Shown in pieces: positions 9,121 through 22,354 of a stretch of 64,000 nucleotides of DNA. The notes beneath the pieces were generated by a model that did no database searches, was not told the origin of the DNA, and saw only the letters and a program-made list of their open reading frames with translations. The stretch is taken from positions 256,001 to 320,000 of the forward strand of contig CAWHAE010000010.1 of NCBI GenBank assembly GCA_963827235.1, written 5' to 3'. Every line of letters begins with the position of its first letter. Within the stretch, counting starts at the first letter, position 1. Origin of the DNA: an uncultured bacterium (GTDB lineage Bacteria; Chloroflexota; UBA5177; JANWHV01). The position numbers and the translations under genes were made by a program.

Positions 9121-9948
9121 CTGGGCTTGGTCATCCCTACAAGTTGATAAGTCGCGTACGCTGACGTGAAAATCCTGTGCAGCAGTGAGAGTGCTCTTGC
9201 ACCCCGGTTCCACACGCGGGCTGCCAGAACACCCTGCGGAGGCAGAAGGTAGCCTCTTCCTCTACACAGCACGTTCCGGTCGAGCGACCGCCCATGCCCA
9301 CGGCGGAGACACGAAGGAGGCTACTGGGACTGTGGCTACGGCAGTAGCGGAAGGCACCGCCGCACTGGAAGCGGAGCTGTAGCAGTGATCGAGCGGACTC
9401 AGAAGATTGCGGATTGGTGACGCCATGCAGGTCAGCCGACCGACGATCTCGCGGGTGCCGACAGGTGTCACTTGACGGACTCGTTCACGGACCGTTGCCG
9501 AGCCCCGAACTGCCACACTCATAGTTGCCGGTTGCCATCCCCGGTCAGCTTTCTCTGCGGGACTCCTCTCCCCCGCGCAAGGTGCATGCCGACCTAAGTG
9601 CTCTTACCAGCCTTGTCGTACCGCGCCGCCGCGCAAGCCGCCTAAGCGCCGGGAGCCCGGCAGCTCCACGGCAGCAAGCCAGAGGAGCCCGCTGCCTGAG
9701 CATACCCGCAACCGCTCACCCCTACCGTTCGGCCTGCTCCTCCAGCAGTAGGGTGTTGAGCAGGTTCAGCTCGTTGGAAGCCGCCAGGTAGCGATCGTCG
9801 AACACGCGGCGCGGTGCTGGCGCCGCTCGCCCACGCCAGCGCGGGCCAGGCGGCCCACGGCCGGTCACTGCTCCTCAACGTCGCGTCGCACATGGCGGCT
9901 CTCACGACGTGCCGCACGTGCCACTTGCGGGACAGCCTCCTGGTAGTA

Positions 9949-10410
9949 CTATTGTCGCGGCGCCTGCGCTTCTTCCGCTGCACAGTCTGCGCACAGCCCC
10001 CGAAATTGCACCACGTACTCCTCCACGTGAAAGCCCAGGGGAGCAGCGGGCACAGGCAAACTATCCAGCGCCGGGTCATAGAGGTCCAGGACACGCTCGC
10101 ACATGCGGCAGATCAGGTGGTGGTGGCGAGGCGTGTCAATCTCGTAGCGGGCCGTGGCACCGGGGTGCGAGACCTTGCGTACGACACCGATGCGCGTGAA
10201 CGCCTCGAGCACGCGATACACGGTGGTGCGCGAGAGTTCCGGCAGGTGTTGCTGAACCTCATCGAAGATCTGGTCGGCGGTGGGATGATCCGCCCGCCGA
10301 GCCAGCGCCTCCAGGACGAGCCGCCGCTGCACGGTGACGGGGAGCCCGTGGTCGCGGCAACGCTGCGCGAGTTGGGACACCGAGGGTGAGGCAGACCGTT
10401 GCGGATTCAC
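9949..10410 (-). CDS. Fur-family transcriptional regulator (PerR/FurA-like)
   Basis: TVQRRLVL, HPTADQI, LSRTTVYRVL, HHHLICRMC, CADC; divergent from ferritin-katG. Start could be 10410 or 10446. Confidence 0.92.
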   Translation of the reverse strand: MNPQRSASPSVSQLAQRCRDHGLPVTVQRRLVLEALARRADHPTADQIFDEVQQHLPELSRTTVYRVLEAFTRIGVVRKVSHPGATARYEIDTPRHHHLICRMCERVLDLYDPALDSLPVPAAPLGFHVEEYVVQFRGLCADCAAEEAQAPRQ

Positions 10411-10677
10411 GGTTGCAATTCTAGTGCATCTGGTATAAACTAGCAACCGCCAATCGCGTGTTTCGCAGTGTACCCGTCACGTGCACCAGGTGCTCGGCGT
10501 GCGTCGGAGGAGGCTTCTTGCCATGCCCGGAGACGTTCCAGCCAACTACCGCTACGCTGCTTGGGCTCCTGGGCGTCCAGGCACTGCTGTGAAACGTGGC
10601 CACCAGTTGGCTGGTCCCGCACGATGCTGACCATGGGTGCTCGCACGGCCTGGCCAGAGAAGGAGAAGAGTGCATCG

Positions 10678-13418
<2,741 letters not shown>

Positions 13419-14381
13419 TCAGAGCTGATGGTGTTCCGGCTCCATGCCTCGTCGGGGCGGATCGCGAACACTGATCAGGTGTGTGGTGGCACGGGGGAAC
13501 CTGCACAGGTGGCCGCATGCTGGATCTGCCCACCGGAGAGCTTCACGCCGCGTGGTCGGATCCAGCGTGTTGAGCCGACGCACAAGCATGACGTCCACGA
13601 ACCGTATCAGCGCGCCCACTTCCCGGGAAACGATAGTCTGTGCCGTCGAAGTAGTGCTCGTTGAGAAAGCTGAAACTGGAGGCGCCGACAACGACGGCGC
13701 ACACGACGGGCGTACCCTGCACCCACTAGGGCTGGCGCACCAGTCACCCTGGTGCTCAAGCCACGTTGGGTCGCCAGCGCAAGTGGTAGCTGGCGACCCA
13801 GCCGGTCGTGGAGGACGTGGTCTATACACGGCCCCTCGCCAATGCGCTTGCCCGCCGGCCACGCTGGCTCATTCCCCGGCGTCGTACTCGCCATCGTGCC
13901 CTCCTCGCACCAACCTGCGACGACCGGTTGCCGCAAGCGGCCGCGCGGACCTAGCGACCCAGATCGCGCACTTCGACGCGAGGACGAGCGACGCCAGGCT
14001 AGAGCGCTCCGCACTGCCTGGCCGCAGTGGCGCGTCCTGGCCCGTCGCCGGCGTGCTGTGATCCGAGTGAGGCCGCGTGGCGCTGCTCACGCGCGGCCGC
14101 CATACCTTCAACCCTGGCACGAGGAGCGAACGATGCTGTATAGCGGGGTGATCACGGTGGCTGGCCCACGCAGGACACGGGCACTCGTCCCATGGTCGAG
14201 CGCGCTGATGCGTGTCCATACATCAGCAATGGCCAACTGCGCCGTCACAGGAGCGGAGCCATGGGACGAGCAGATCTCAGTATTCGCGAGTCTGGCAGGG
14301 GCGCAGGTCACTCGTCCCCGGGACGTCGGGGACGGGCAAAGAATACCTCACTGGGCGAACGGAAGCGTGACGACGTAGGCG

Positions 14382-14666
14382 TTAGGGAATCGGCCGACTG
14401 AGGAGCGCACCGGCCCGCGTACGGGTTGCCTGGACGGGCGGCGTCTCCTGTTGATCGTGGCTCAGAACGTGGCTCGCCACCGCAACGTGCGACGCGACAA
14501 TGCAAGCGTGGCACCATTTCAGCCTGCCATTCCTGCAGCCGTCGGGCCAGTACAGGCGTCGGGCAGGTACAGTCAGTCCGCAGCAGGTCTGGTGGTTCCC
14601 GATCGGCACTGTGTGAAGGCTAGCGGAGCCGGGCCACCACACAGCCTGCCATTGCCGTGGTTGCAT
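14382..14666 (-). CDS. Small Cys/His-rich hypothetical protein
   Basis: GAAGGAG RBS before ATG; H...TCCG...CHAC possible zinc ligands. Confidence 0.45.
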   Translation of the reverse strand: MQPRQWQAVWWPGSASLHTVPIGNHQTCCGLTVPARRLYWPDGCRNGRLKWCHACIVASHVAVASHVLSHDQQETPPVQATRTRAGALLSRPIP

Positions 14667-14899
14667 CGTGCACTCCTTCGCGCCTCGTCAACGTCTGCGG
14701 GGTCTCTGAGCGCTTTGAGTCGCCGGTTATGACGGACCGCCGGCACGACGAGTCGAGATAAACCGGGCTCATGCTTTCCGCACTCGATCTTACCAGATCT
14801 GGAGCCGGATCGGGATCATATCGCAACATGTAGTGGTTGATCCATGGGCTGTGTCCGCTAGGCGACGTCGACACCCTGCCTTGGCGTCGCTCTCCTCAT

Positions 14900-15475
14900 A
14901 GGCGTCGCGCACTTCTATCCCCTGATGTTCTTCGCAGGCCTCTGGGTCCCACGGGCGACCATGAGCGCGAACCTGCGGCAAATCAGCGACCTCACCCCGC
15001 TTGGCGCAGCCGTGCAGGCGTTGCAAGATGCCATCCACGGGCATTGGCCGATCCCGCTCCACCTTGGTGTGCTGCTCGCCTATGCTGCCGTCTGCGGGCC
15101 GGCTGGAGGACGATGGTTCCGGTGGGAGGACGCGTCTACGCGCTGGCCATCGGTATCAACGTGGGAGTAGCCGAAGTCATTACCTGGTTCGGCCTCGTCA
15201 GTCAGGCAGTGCACGGCTCGAGGCGCGCCGATGGTGCACGCGCTAAGGCCCCAGGTCCTGGAGCGGGCCCAGCTGACCGAGGCACTTGCCGACCTGGCCC
15301 GGCACTGGTCCCAGCTCACCGGCGTGCCCGTAGCCGGTGAGACGACCGGCGAGCCCCGGCCGCTGTTGGCCCAGATCGAGGCGACCTAGTTGCGGGTGGC
15401 GCAGGAGGCGCTACACAACGTGGCCAAACATGCCCACTCGAGGAGAGTGGGTCTGACCCTTACGTATTTGACGGA
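14900..15475 (+). pseudogene. Relics of an ABC-2 permease C-terminus and a DesK/NarX-type histidine kinase
   Basis: FYPLMFFAGLWVP...DLTPLGAAVQAL...FRWE; then LRPQVLE...EALADL...GEPRPL...*LRVAQEALHNVAKHA with stops and deletions. Confidence 0.72.
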
Positions 15476-15549
15476 CGCATGTCTGTTGAGCCTGGCGGCG
15501 AATGCCCGCTACGCACCTGACAAAGCGAGCAAGCTGACCAATCCGTGCC

Positions 15550-15774
15550 TTGACATGCGGTATATAATCGTTTTGGAGTGGATGTGACGACCTGCCGTCC
15601 TAGAAAGGGCCCGACGCCGAAAGAACCGCGAGCGACACGAGCGCTCCCCTCCTGCTGACGCCTGCTCTTATCTGGCCACCTCTGGACGGCGGCGAGCAAC
15701 TGGTGAACCCGGCCACGAAGGATCTGTCGTGCGCCGGGTTTCGTGTGCTTGGCGCCGGAGAGGCAAGGAGGTGG
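15550..15774 (+). ncRNA. Putative structured leader/ncRNA, copy B
   Basis: Homologous to 6327-6549; long pairing CTGCCGTCC/GGACGGCGG; terminal hairpin; AAGGAGGTGG. Confidence 0.55.
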
Positions 15775-16049
15775 ATCGTCGCACGCTGGACGAGGGCCCG
15801 CGCTTGTAACAACTATCATCCCCGGACTCTGCGATGTCGCGCAGCCGCGCACTGCCGGCATGCGAGGCGAGATGCTTCCGCGGAGCCGGCGAGAATGGCA
15901 GACCGAGGTGCCGGCCAGCCCGAGCTGCGCCCAAGTTGAACGGCGCGCAGATCAGCCGGAGGTCCAGCGTTGCGCCAGAGCTTCCCATAGGCACGTCACC
16001 TGGCCGGGCCGCGGCCGGCATCCGCAGCGGCGAGGAAGGAACGGAGGAA

Positions 16050-17168
16050 ATGGTCACGGCAGCCGAGGTCACAAGTGTCGCGGACAGTTGGCATACGGGT
16101 CGGGAGAAGAAGATCGACCTGGTATGCGAAGGCGGCGGCGTGCTGGGGATCGGGCTCGTCGGCGCCTACTCGGTGCTGGAGGAGCAAGGCTTTAAGGTAC
16201 AGAACCTGGCAGGCACGTCGGCCGGGGCGATCGTCACGGCACTTGTCGCCGCCGGCTACACCGCCGCCGAGATCAAGAACATAATCTACAGCCTGGATTT
16301 CAGGCAACTGCTGGATCCGGTACCTGTGATGGACTGGCCCCTGGTAGGCGAGGCGCTGCCGATGAAGCTGCTCGCGCTTGTCTCCGCGCACGGGGAATAC
16401 CAGGGCAATGCGTTCGAGCACCTGATGACACGGTATCTGACCGGTAAGCAGATCAGGACCTTCGGCGACCTGATCTACGATAGCGCTGAGCCGAAGACGT
16501 CGGTGTACCGCTACCGTCTGCACGTGATCGCCTCGGACGTCACCGCGCGCCGCCTGCTGCGGCTGCCGCTCGACGCCGGCACGCTGGGCTACGATCCGGA
16601 CGAGCTCCCCGTGGCGAGAGCGGTACGCATGAGCATGAGCATCCCGTTCTTCTTCGTGCCGGTCGTGCAGGCCGATCCGCGAACCGGGCAGAAGCACACG
16701 GTGGTGGATGGCGGCATGCTCTCGAACTTCCCGGTCTGGCTGTTCGACGTGCCGGGCGTTCCCAAGTGGCCCACGTTCGGCGTCAAGCTGGTCGCCGGGG
16801 CGCAGACGGACGAGATCGGATCGACCCTGGCCGCGGTGCCGGTCCTGGACACGATCAGCTACGTCCAGTCGCTGGTCGGCACGATGACAGCATTCCACGA
16901 TCGGCTCTATCTCGACACCCACTCGGCGGCTCGCACGATCGCGGTGCCCACCGGCGCGCTCTCCTCGACCAACTTCGACCTCTCACCCGCGGACAAGGAT
17001 GAGCTGTTCGCAAGCGGGCGAAAGGCGGCCCTGGAGTTCGTCGGGGAGGATGGCAGCCGGTGGCCGTTTGCTGGCTACATCGCCGCGTTCCGGTCGGGCA
17101 AGGAGCGGCCACAGCGACAGCAGCTGATCTTCGACGAGATGCGGCAGGCGGTGGCGAAGCTGAGCTAG
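16050..17168 (+). CDS. Patatin-like phospholipase
   Basis: EGGGVLG oxyanion hole, GTSAG nucleophile, SMSIPFFF, VDGGMLSNFP; GGAGG RBS before ATG 16050. Confidence 0.93.
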   Translation: MVTAAEVTSVADSWHTGREKKIDLVCEGGGVLGIGLVGAYSVLEEQGFKVQNLAGTSAGAIVTALVAAGYTAAEIKNIIYSLDFRQLLDPVPVMDWPLVGEALPMKLLALVSAHGEYQGNAFEHLMTRYLTGKQIRTFGDLIYDSAEPKTSVYRYRLHVIASDVTARRLLRLPLDAGTLGYDPDELPVARAVRMSMSIPFFFVPVVQADPRTGQKHTVVDGGMLSNFPVWLFDVPGVPKWPTFGVKLVAGAQTDEIGSTLAAVPVLDTISYVQSLVGTMTAFHDRLYLDTHSAARTIAVPTGALSSTNFDLSPADKDELFASGRKAALEFVGEDGSRWPFAGYIAAFRSGKERPQRQQLIFDEMRQAVAKLS

Positions 17169-17213
17169 ACCTGGCACACGACCGTATCGGCGGCAAACGA
17201 TGCGGAGGAGTCA

Positions 17214-17642
17214 GTGATGGGCGCACCGACCGTGGACACCAACCGTCGTGCGGGCCGCACGGTGGCTGAGTCTTCGAGAGTACAGGGCGGGGCTGCTGGC
17301 GTGGCGCCGGCAGCGCCGGTAGTGCCACACTCGGTCGCCGGGCACTGGCGAGTGTGGCACACGCACAGGAAGACCGACGTCAAGTCGAAGCCTGACTATC
17401 AACTGTCCCACTGGGATGACCTGTCCCGAGGCGATATGGATGGCAGCTTCGAGCGGTTTTCGCTGACCAGGATCCAGATGTTCAACTTTACCGTCGTCGT
17501 GGTCGGAGCCTCCGTCGCGGCGCAGCTGGCGATGTTGACCGGGAGAGGACAGCCCACGGCGCTGTATTGCAGCATGGTCGCGTTGCTCGTCCTCAGCCAC
17601 GCCGGCTACATCACAGGCAAAGCGGTGCCTGCCAGCACGTAG
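17214..17642 (+). CDS. Small membrane protein, possibly internally deleted
   Basis: GGAGGAG RBS; LTRIQMFNFTVVVV and LLVLSHAGYITGKAVP hydrophobic segments. Confidence 0.55.
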   Translation: MMGAPTVDTNRRAGRTVAESSRVQGGAAGVAPAAPVVPHSVAGHWRVWHTHRKTDVKSKPDYQLSHWDDLSRGDMDGSFERFSLTRIQMFNFTVVVVGASVAAQLAMLTGRGQPTALYCSMVALLVLSHAGYITGKAVPAST

Positions 17643-17798
17643 ACGAAAGAGCACGCCGCACGGGGGGAAGGACGCGAAGGGAGGTGAAGCAGCGAGAGAA
17701 GCCGCCAAACGCCAAGCCAGGACGAAAGTAGTGGATACCTTCTCGAGGTTTCCAGTGCTCGAGCGCAGACGTAGTGCGTGCAGAATCGAGGACCTACA

Positions 17799-18548
17799 AT
17801 GCCGTATCGTTTTGGAAAGAAGCCTGCACCGGCCGACTGGGCGGACCGTGCTTCAGGCAAGTTCGCTGCTGTCTCCGTCACCCGGCCCCTTCCCACTCCG
17901 CCGTCCACCTACAGCGTGCTGCAAAGGGTGGAGAAGAGCCTCGAGCGTACGGACATTCCCACGCTGTTCCCGATGGACCACAACGACACCGTCGGTGACT
18001 GCACGTGTGCCGGCGTCGCGCATGCGCAAACGGTCTACCGCGGACTCGACTCCGCCCTGTGCATCTGGGGTCCCGACGACGTGGAGAAGTTCTACTTCTC
18101 CATGACAGGTGGGCAGGACACCGGCCTGTACTGTGTGGACGTGCTCCACCACTGGAACCACGAGCCAATCAATGGGGATCGCCTTATCGGGTATGTCGCC
18201 GTCAACCCGGCAAACCACGAGCATGTGCGGCAGGCCATTCAGGTTTTCGGCGGCCTGTACATCGGGTTCATGGTGACGGATCAGTGCATCCAGCAGTTCG
18301 ACGCGCACCTGCCCTGGACACCGGGGAACCTTATCCAGGAGGGGCACTGCGTGTTCGTCACTGACTATGACCAGAACTGCCTGACCTGTCTGACCTGGGG
18401 CGCGACGCAACAAGGCACCTGGGCCTGGTGGGATCAGGGTGTGGATGAAGCGTACGCGCTTGTCCCGCCAGAGGCAGCGGACAAGGAGTTCAGCCCCGGG
18501 TATACGATGGCACAGCTCATCGCCGACATGCAGGCGATCAAGGTGTAA
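17799..18548 (+). CDS. Papain-like cysteine peptidase domain protein
   Basis: NDTVGDCTCAG (catalytic Cys), EGHCVFVTDYD (His), LTWG; GAGGA RBS. Confidence 0.75.
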   Translation: MPYRFGKKPAPADWADRASGKFAAVSVTRPLPTPPSTYSVLQRVEKSLERTDIPTLFPMDHNDTVGDCTCAGVAHAQTVYRGLDSALCIWGPDDVEKFYFSMTGGQDTGLYCVDVLHHWNHEPINGDRLIGYVAVNPANHEHVRQAIQVFGGLYIGFMVTDQCIQQFDAHLPWTPGNLIQEGHCVFVTDYDQNCLTCLTWGATQQGTWAWWDQGVDEAYALVPPEAADKEFSPGYTMAQLIADMQAIKV

Positions 18549-19078
18549 GCCACGAGGCAATACCATCATAATGCCCGCACCTGGCGTGTAGGGCCGGGAA
18601 CAGGATCAGTGCAGGCCAGCCGGTGGCCGGTAGCAAGCAGCGCCTCAGCGCCAAGAGGCACTGTACCGGCCACCGGCGGCAGTGCAATTGGAGCCAGTCG
18701 ACCACGCAGCTAGTCCCGACCCCACAGTAGGCACCTCAATGCCAGCACGACCGAGTCTAAACGGCACCATGCCGCTGCCAGGCGGCAGTAGGCCTGATGG
18801 AGTGCCAGCATGTTGCGGCAGTCAGTTGCCCCTGTCAGGCACGGTCAACTTCCGGCGCTCAACTCGCACTGAGATCTGATGGTCCCATGTCGTCGTCAAC
18901 TCACCGCTTGTGAGCTCTCACCGTCGCCCACCGGCCGACAGGTCGATACAGACGCACGCCCCGACCTGACGGACCGACAGGCGAGTCGAGGCCGAGCATG
19001 CTATGCTGGAAGAAAGCCCGGCACGGCGCCGTTGCCACACGGCAGCGAGAGATTGCTCGCAGGAGGTTGGCGACATCC

Positions 19079-21842
19079 ATGCAACCGTCCGGACAATACC
19101 TGGCGTTTGGCGAGTTCCTGCGCCGCTATCGGGAGACCGCGGGCCTCTCGCAGGAGGTCCTGGCCGAGCGAGCCGGATTGAGTGCGCGTGGGCTTCTCTA
19201 CTTGGAGCGTGGCAAGCACCGGCCGTATCCGGGTACCTTGAGCCGGCTCGCGGAGGCACTTGGGCTTGGGCCCGAAGAGCGCGAGATACTCTCGCAGGCC
19301 ATCCGGCAAGGGAGCACCCCGCTGCCGTCGGGCGTCGAGAAGCCCGTTCCACCCCCTGCAGCCGATCGGGCGTCGGCACAGGCCGCCACACCCTCGGGCG
19401 GCTCACTGCACAATCTCCCCGCGTCCCTGTCCAGCTTCATTGGCCGCGAGCACGCCCAGGCCAGGGTGCATGATCTGCTCACATCCCACCGTTTGGTGAC
19501 GCTGGTCGGCCCGGGCGGTGTGGGGAAGACCCGGCTCGCCCTGGCGGTCGCGGCGGAGGTTGTCGCCGCCTACCCAGCCGGCGTGTGGCTGGTGGAGCTG
19601 GCCCCACTGGCCGACCCCGCGCTGCTGCCTGCCACGGTTGCGCACGCTTTGGGTCTGCACGAGGAGCCGGGCCGCTCAGTCGTGGAGACGCTCCGCGACC
19701 ATTGCAGCGGGAAGCAGATGATCCTGGTGCTGGACAACTGCGAGCACCTCGTGGCAGCCTGCACCGAGCTGGCCGGAACGCTGCTGCGGGCCGCGCCCGA
19801 CCTGCGCATCCTGGCCACCAGCCGGGGCTCGCTTGGCATCGCGGGCGAGCGCTGCTACCAGGTTCCCCCGCTCAGCGTGCCCGATCCCGAGCACTTGCCC
19901 GCACCCGAGCTAGCAACCAGCTACGAGGCGGTGCGGCTGTTTGTCGCCCGTGCCCAGGAACGGCGAGACGGCTTCGCGCTAACCACGGGTAACGCCCGAG
20001 CCGTGGCCGAGATCTGCGCCCGGCTCGACGGTTTGCCTCTGGCGATCGAACTGGCGGCAGCGCGGGCAACCGCGATGAGCGTGGAGATGATCGCCGCCCA
20101 CCTGAACGACCGCTTCCGGCTCTTGACCACCGGCTCGCAGCGACCTCCCCACACGCCAGCGAACCTTGAGGGCGACGCTGGACTGGAGCTGGGACCTGTT
20201 GGACGGGCGGGATCGGACACTGCTCAGTCGATTTTCCGTGTTCGCGGGCGGCTGGACGCCTGAGGCGGCAGACTCCGCGTGCGCGGGCGGGGATCTGGAC
20301 CACTGGGCAGTGGTGGACGGTGTTGATGGGCTTGTCAATCGCTCCCTGGTCGTGATGGACGAGAGCCCGGACGGGGCAGTGCGCTACCGGCTGCTCGAGT
20401 CGGTGCGACAACATGCCGCTGAGCAGCTTCGCGCTCAAGGCGAGGAAAGCGCGACCCGTGACAGACATCTTTCCTACTTTCTTGCGCTAGCCGAGAAGGC
20501 AGAGCCGCAGTTGTCGGGGCCGCAGCAGGGGACGTGGCTCGACAAGCTGGAACACGAGCACGACAACTTGCGCGCCGCCATGGCCTGGAGCCGGGAGAAC
20601 AGAGCGCGGGAGCGCGGGTTACGGCTGGGAGGCGCGTTATGGCGATTCTGGATACTGCGCGGCTATCTGAGCGAAGGACGACGTCAGCTGGACGCGCTGT
20701 TGGGTGAGCACGAGGCGGAGCCGACGGCGGCACGGGCTACGGCCCTCATGGGGGCGGGCGTGCTGGCATACAAGCAGGGCGACAACGAGAGAGCAACGGC
20801 GCTGCTGGAGGAGAGCGTGGCTTTGCATCGGCAGGTGGGGGGGACGGCGGGCATTGCCGCAGCGCTCGGCAACTTGGGCGTTCTGGTGTGGGAGCAGGGC
20901 GAGTATGTGCGGGGAGCGGACTTGTTCGCGGAGGCCTTGGCGCTGCGACGTGAGCTGGGGGACAAACGTGGCATCGCCACCATGCTCAATAACCTCGGAG
21001 GTGTGGCCTACGAGCAGGCCGAGTATGTGCGTGCGGCTGCGCTCTACGAGGAGTGTCTGGCCCTGCTGCGGGACCTGGGCGACAGCTTGGGCATCGCCAC
21101 GGCACTCCACAATCTAGGAAGCGTGGCGCATTTTCAGGGCGCGTATGGCCGGGCGACGGTGTTGCACGAGGAGGGCCTAGCGCGACGCCGGGAGTTGAGT
21201 GACCGCTGGGGCGTCGCCTCCTCGCTGCTCAATCTGGGGAAGGTGGTGCTCGACCAGGGCGACCACAGTCGGGCTGCTGCGTTGTCCGAGGAGTCCCTGG
21301 CGCTCTACCGGGAGCTGGGGGACAAGGGGGGTATCGCCAACTCACTCAATAGCCTGGGAAGCGTGGCGTACACGCTGGGCGACTACGGCCGGGCGGTGGC
21401 CCTGCATCAAGAGAGTCTGACTCTGAAGAAGGAGCAAGGGGACGAGGGCGGCACGGCGGCAGCGCTCAACTCTCTGGGCAGGGCTGTGGCTGCTCTGGGC
21501 GACGCCGGGCGAGCCACGGACTTGCAGACGGAGGCCCTGGTGCTCTGCCGGGCAATTGGCGACAAACGCCTGAGCGCGCTGTGCCTGGAGGCATTGGCTG
21601 GAATTGCCAGCACCCAGGACCAGCCCGAGCGCGCTGCACGGCTGCTTGGAGCCGCCGAGGCCGTGCGCAGCCGCATCGATGCTCCCCTTCCCCTGAACGA
21701 GCGATCGCGCTATGAGCGCCTGGTAGAATCTCTGCGTGTCCAACTGGAAGAAGCGCTGTTTGCGGCGGCATGGGCCGATGGGCAGGAGATGACCCTGGAC
21801 GATGCCATCGCGTTGGCGCTAAGCGGAGAATTGGCCGGCTGA
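19079..21842 (+). pseudogene. XRE-HTH / NB-ARC-like STAND ATPase / TPR protein, frameshifted near 20138
   Basis: FGEFLRRYRETAGLSQEVLAERAGLS; GPGGVGKT Walker A; LVLDNCEHL; LDGLPLAIELAA; continues in another frame as DLPTRQRTLRATLDWSWDLL followed by TPRs. Confidence 0.85.
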
Positions 21843-21989
21843 GCCGACCGGCGCGTGAGGTCTTGCCAGGGCTGGAAGGTTGACGGGTCCAGTCGTGGCG
21901 ACGACATTTGACTGCCACTGCGATCCAGTTTGGTCAGTTGGTCGCGCAGCAGAACCGTCCCCCCCGCGCTGAACGAAGCGATTGCCTGT

Positions 21990-22150
21990 GGCGTGCGGCA
22001 ACTCCTATCAGGCGGTGTCTCGATGATAAGCGTGCACGGTACCTCCGAGCACGTCTGGACAACGGATCGGCGGCAGAGTGCTTGGTACGGCCATGCCGTG
22101 CGCGCCGCCTTGATCTCGGTCGTCCAGAGCCCGCTCAGCGCAGGCGCTGG
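21990..22150 (-). mobile_element. Integrase-core (IS3/IS481-like) transposase C-terminal relic
   Basis: IRCPDVLGGTVHAYHRDTA* matches the typical ..LGGL.HEY...A C-terminus. Confidence 0.5.
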
Positions 22151-22354
22151 CAGGCGATCGGCACGACGATGCGCAGGGCCAAGGCGCCGACAACCTTGGC
22201 TCAGCAGATACTGCCGGCCAGGGCCAAGCTCTCCGCGCTGCGCTGGACAGTAGCTTGCTCGCCGGCATCGGCGCCTTCCCGACCCACCACCTCAACGCCG
22301 GCAACGTATACGGCTGCCCCTCCCACTAGAACTGATCCGCCGGGTTGGGCCGGA

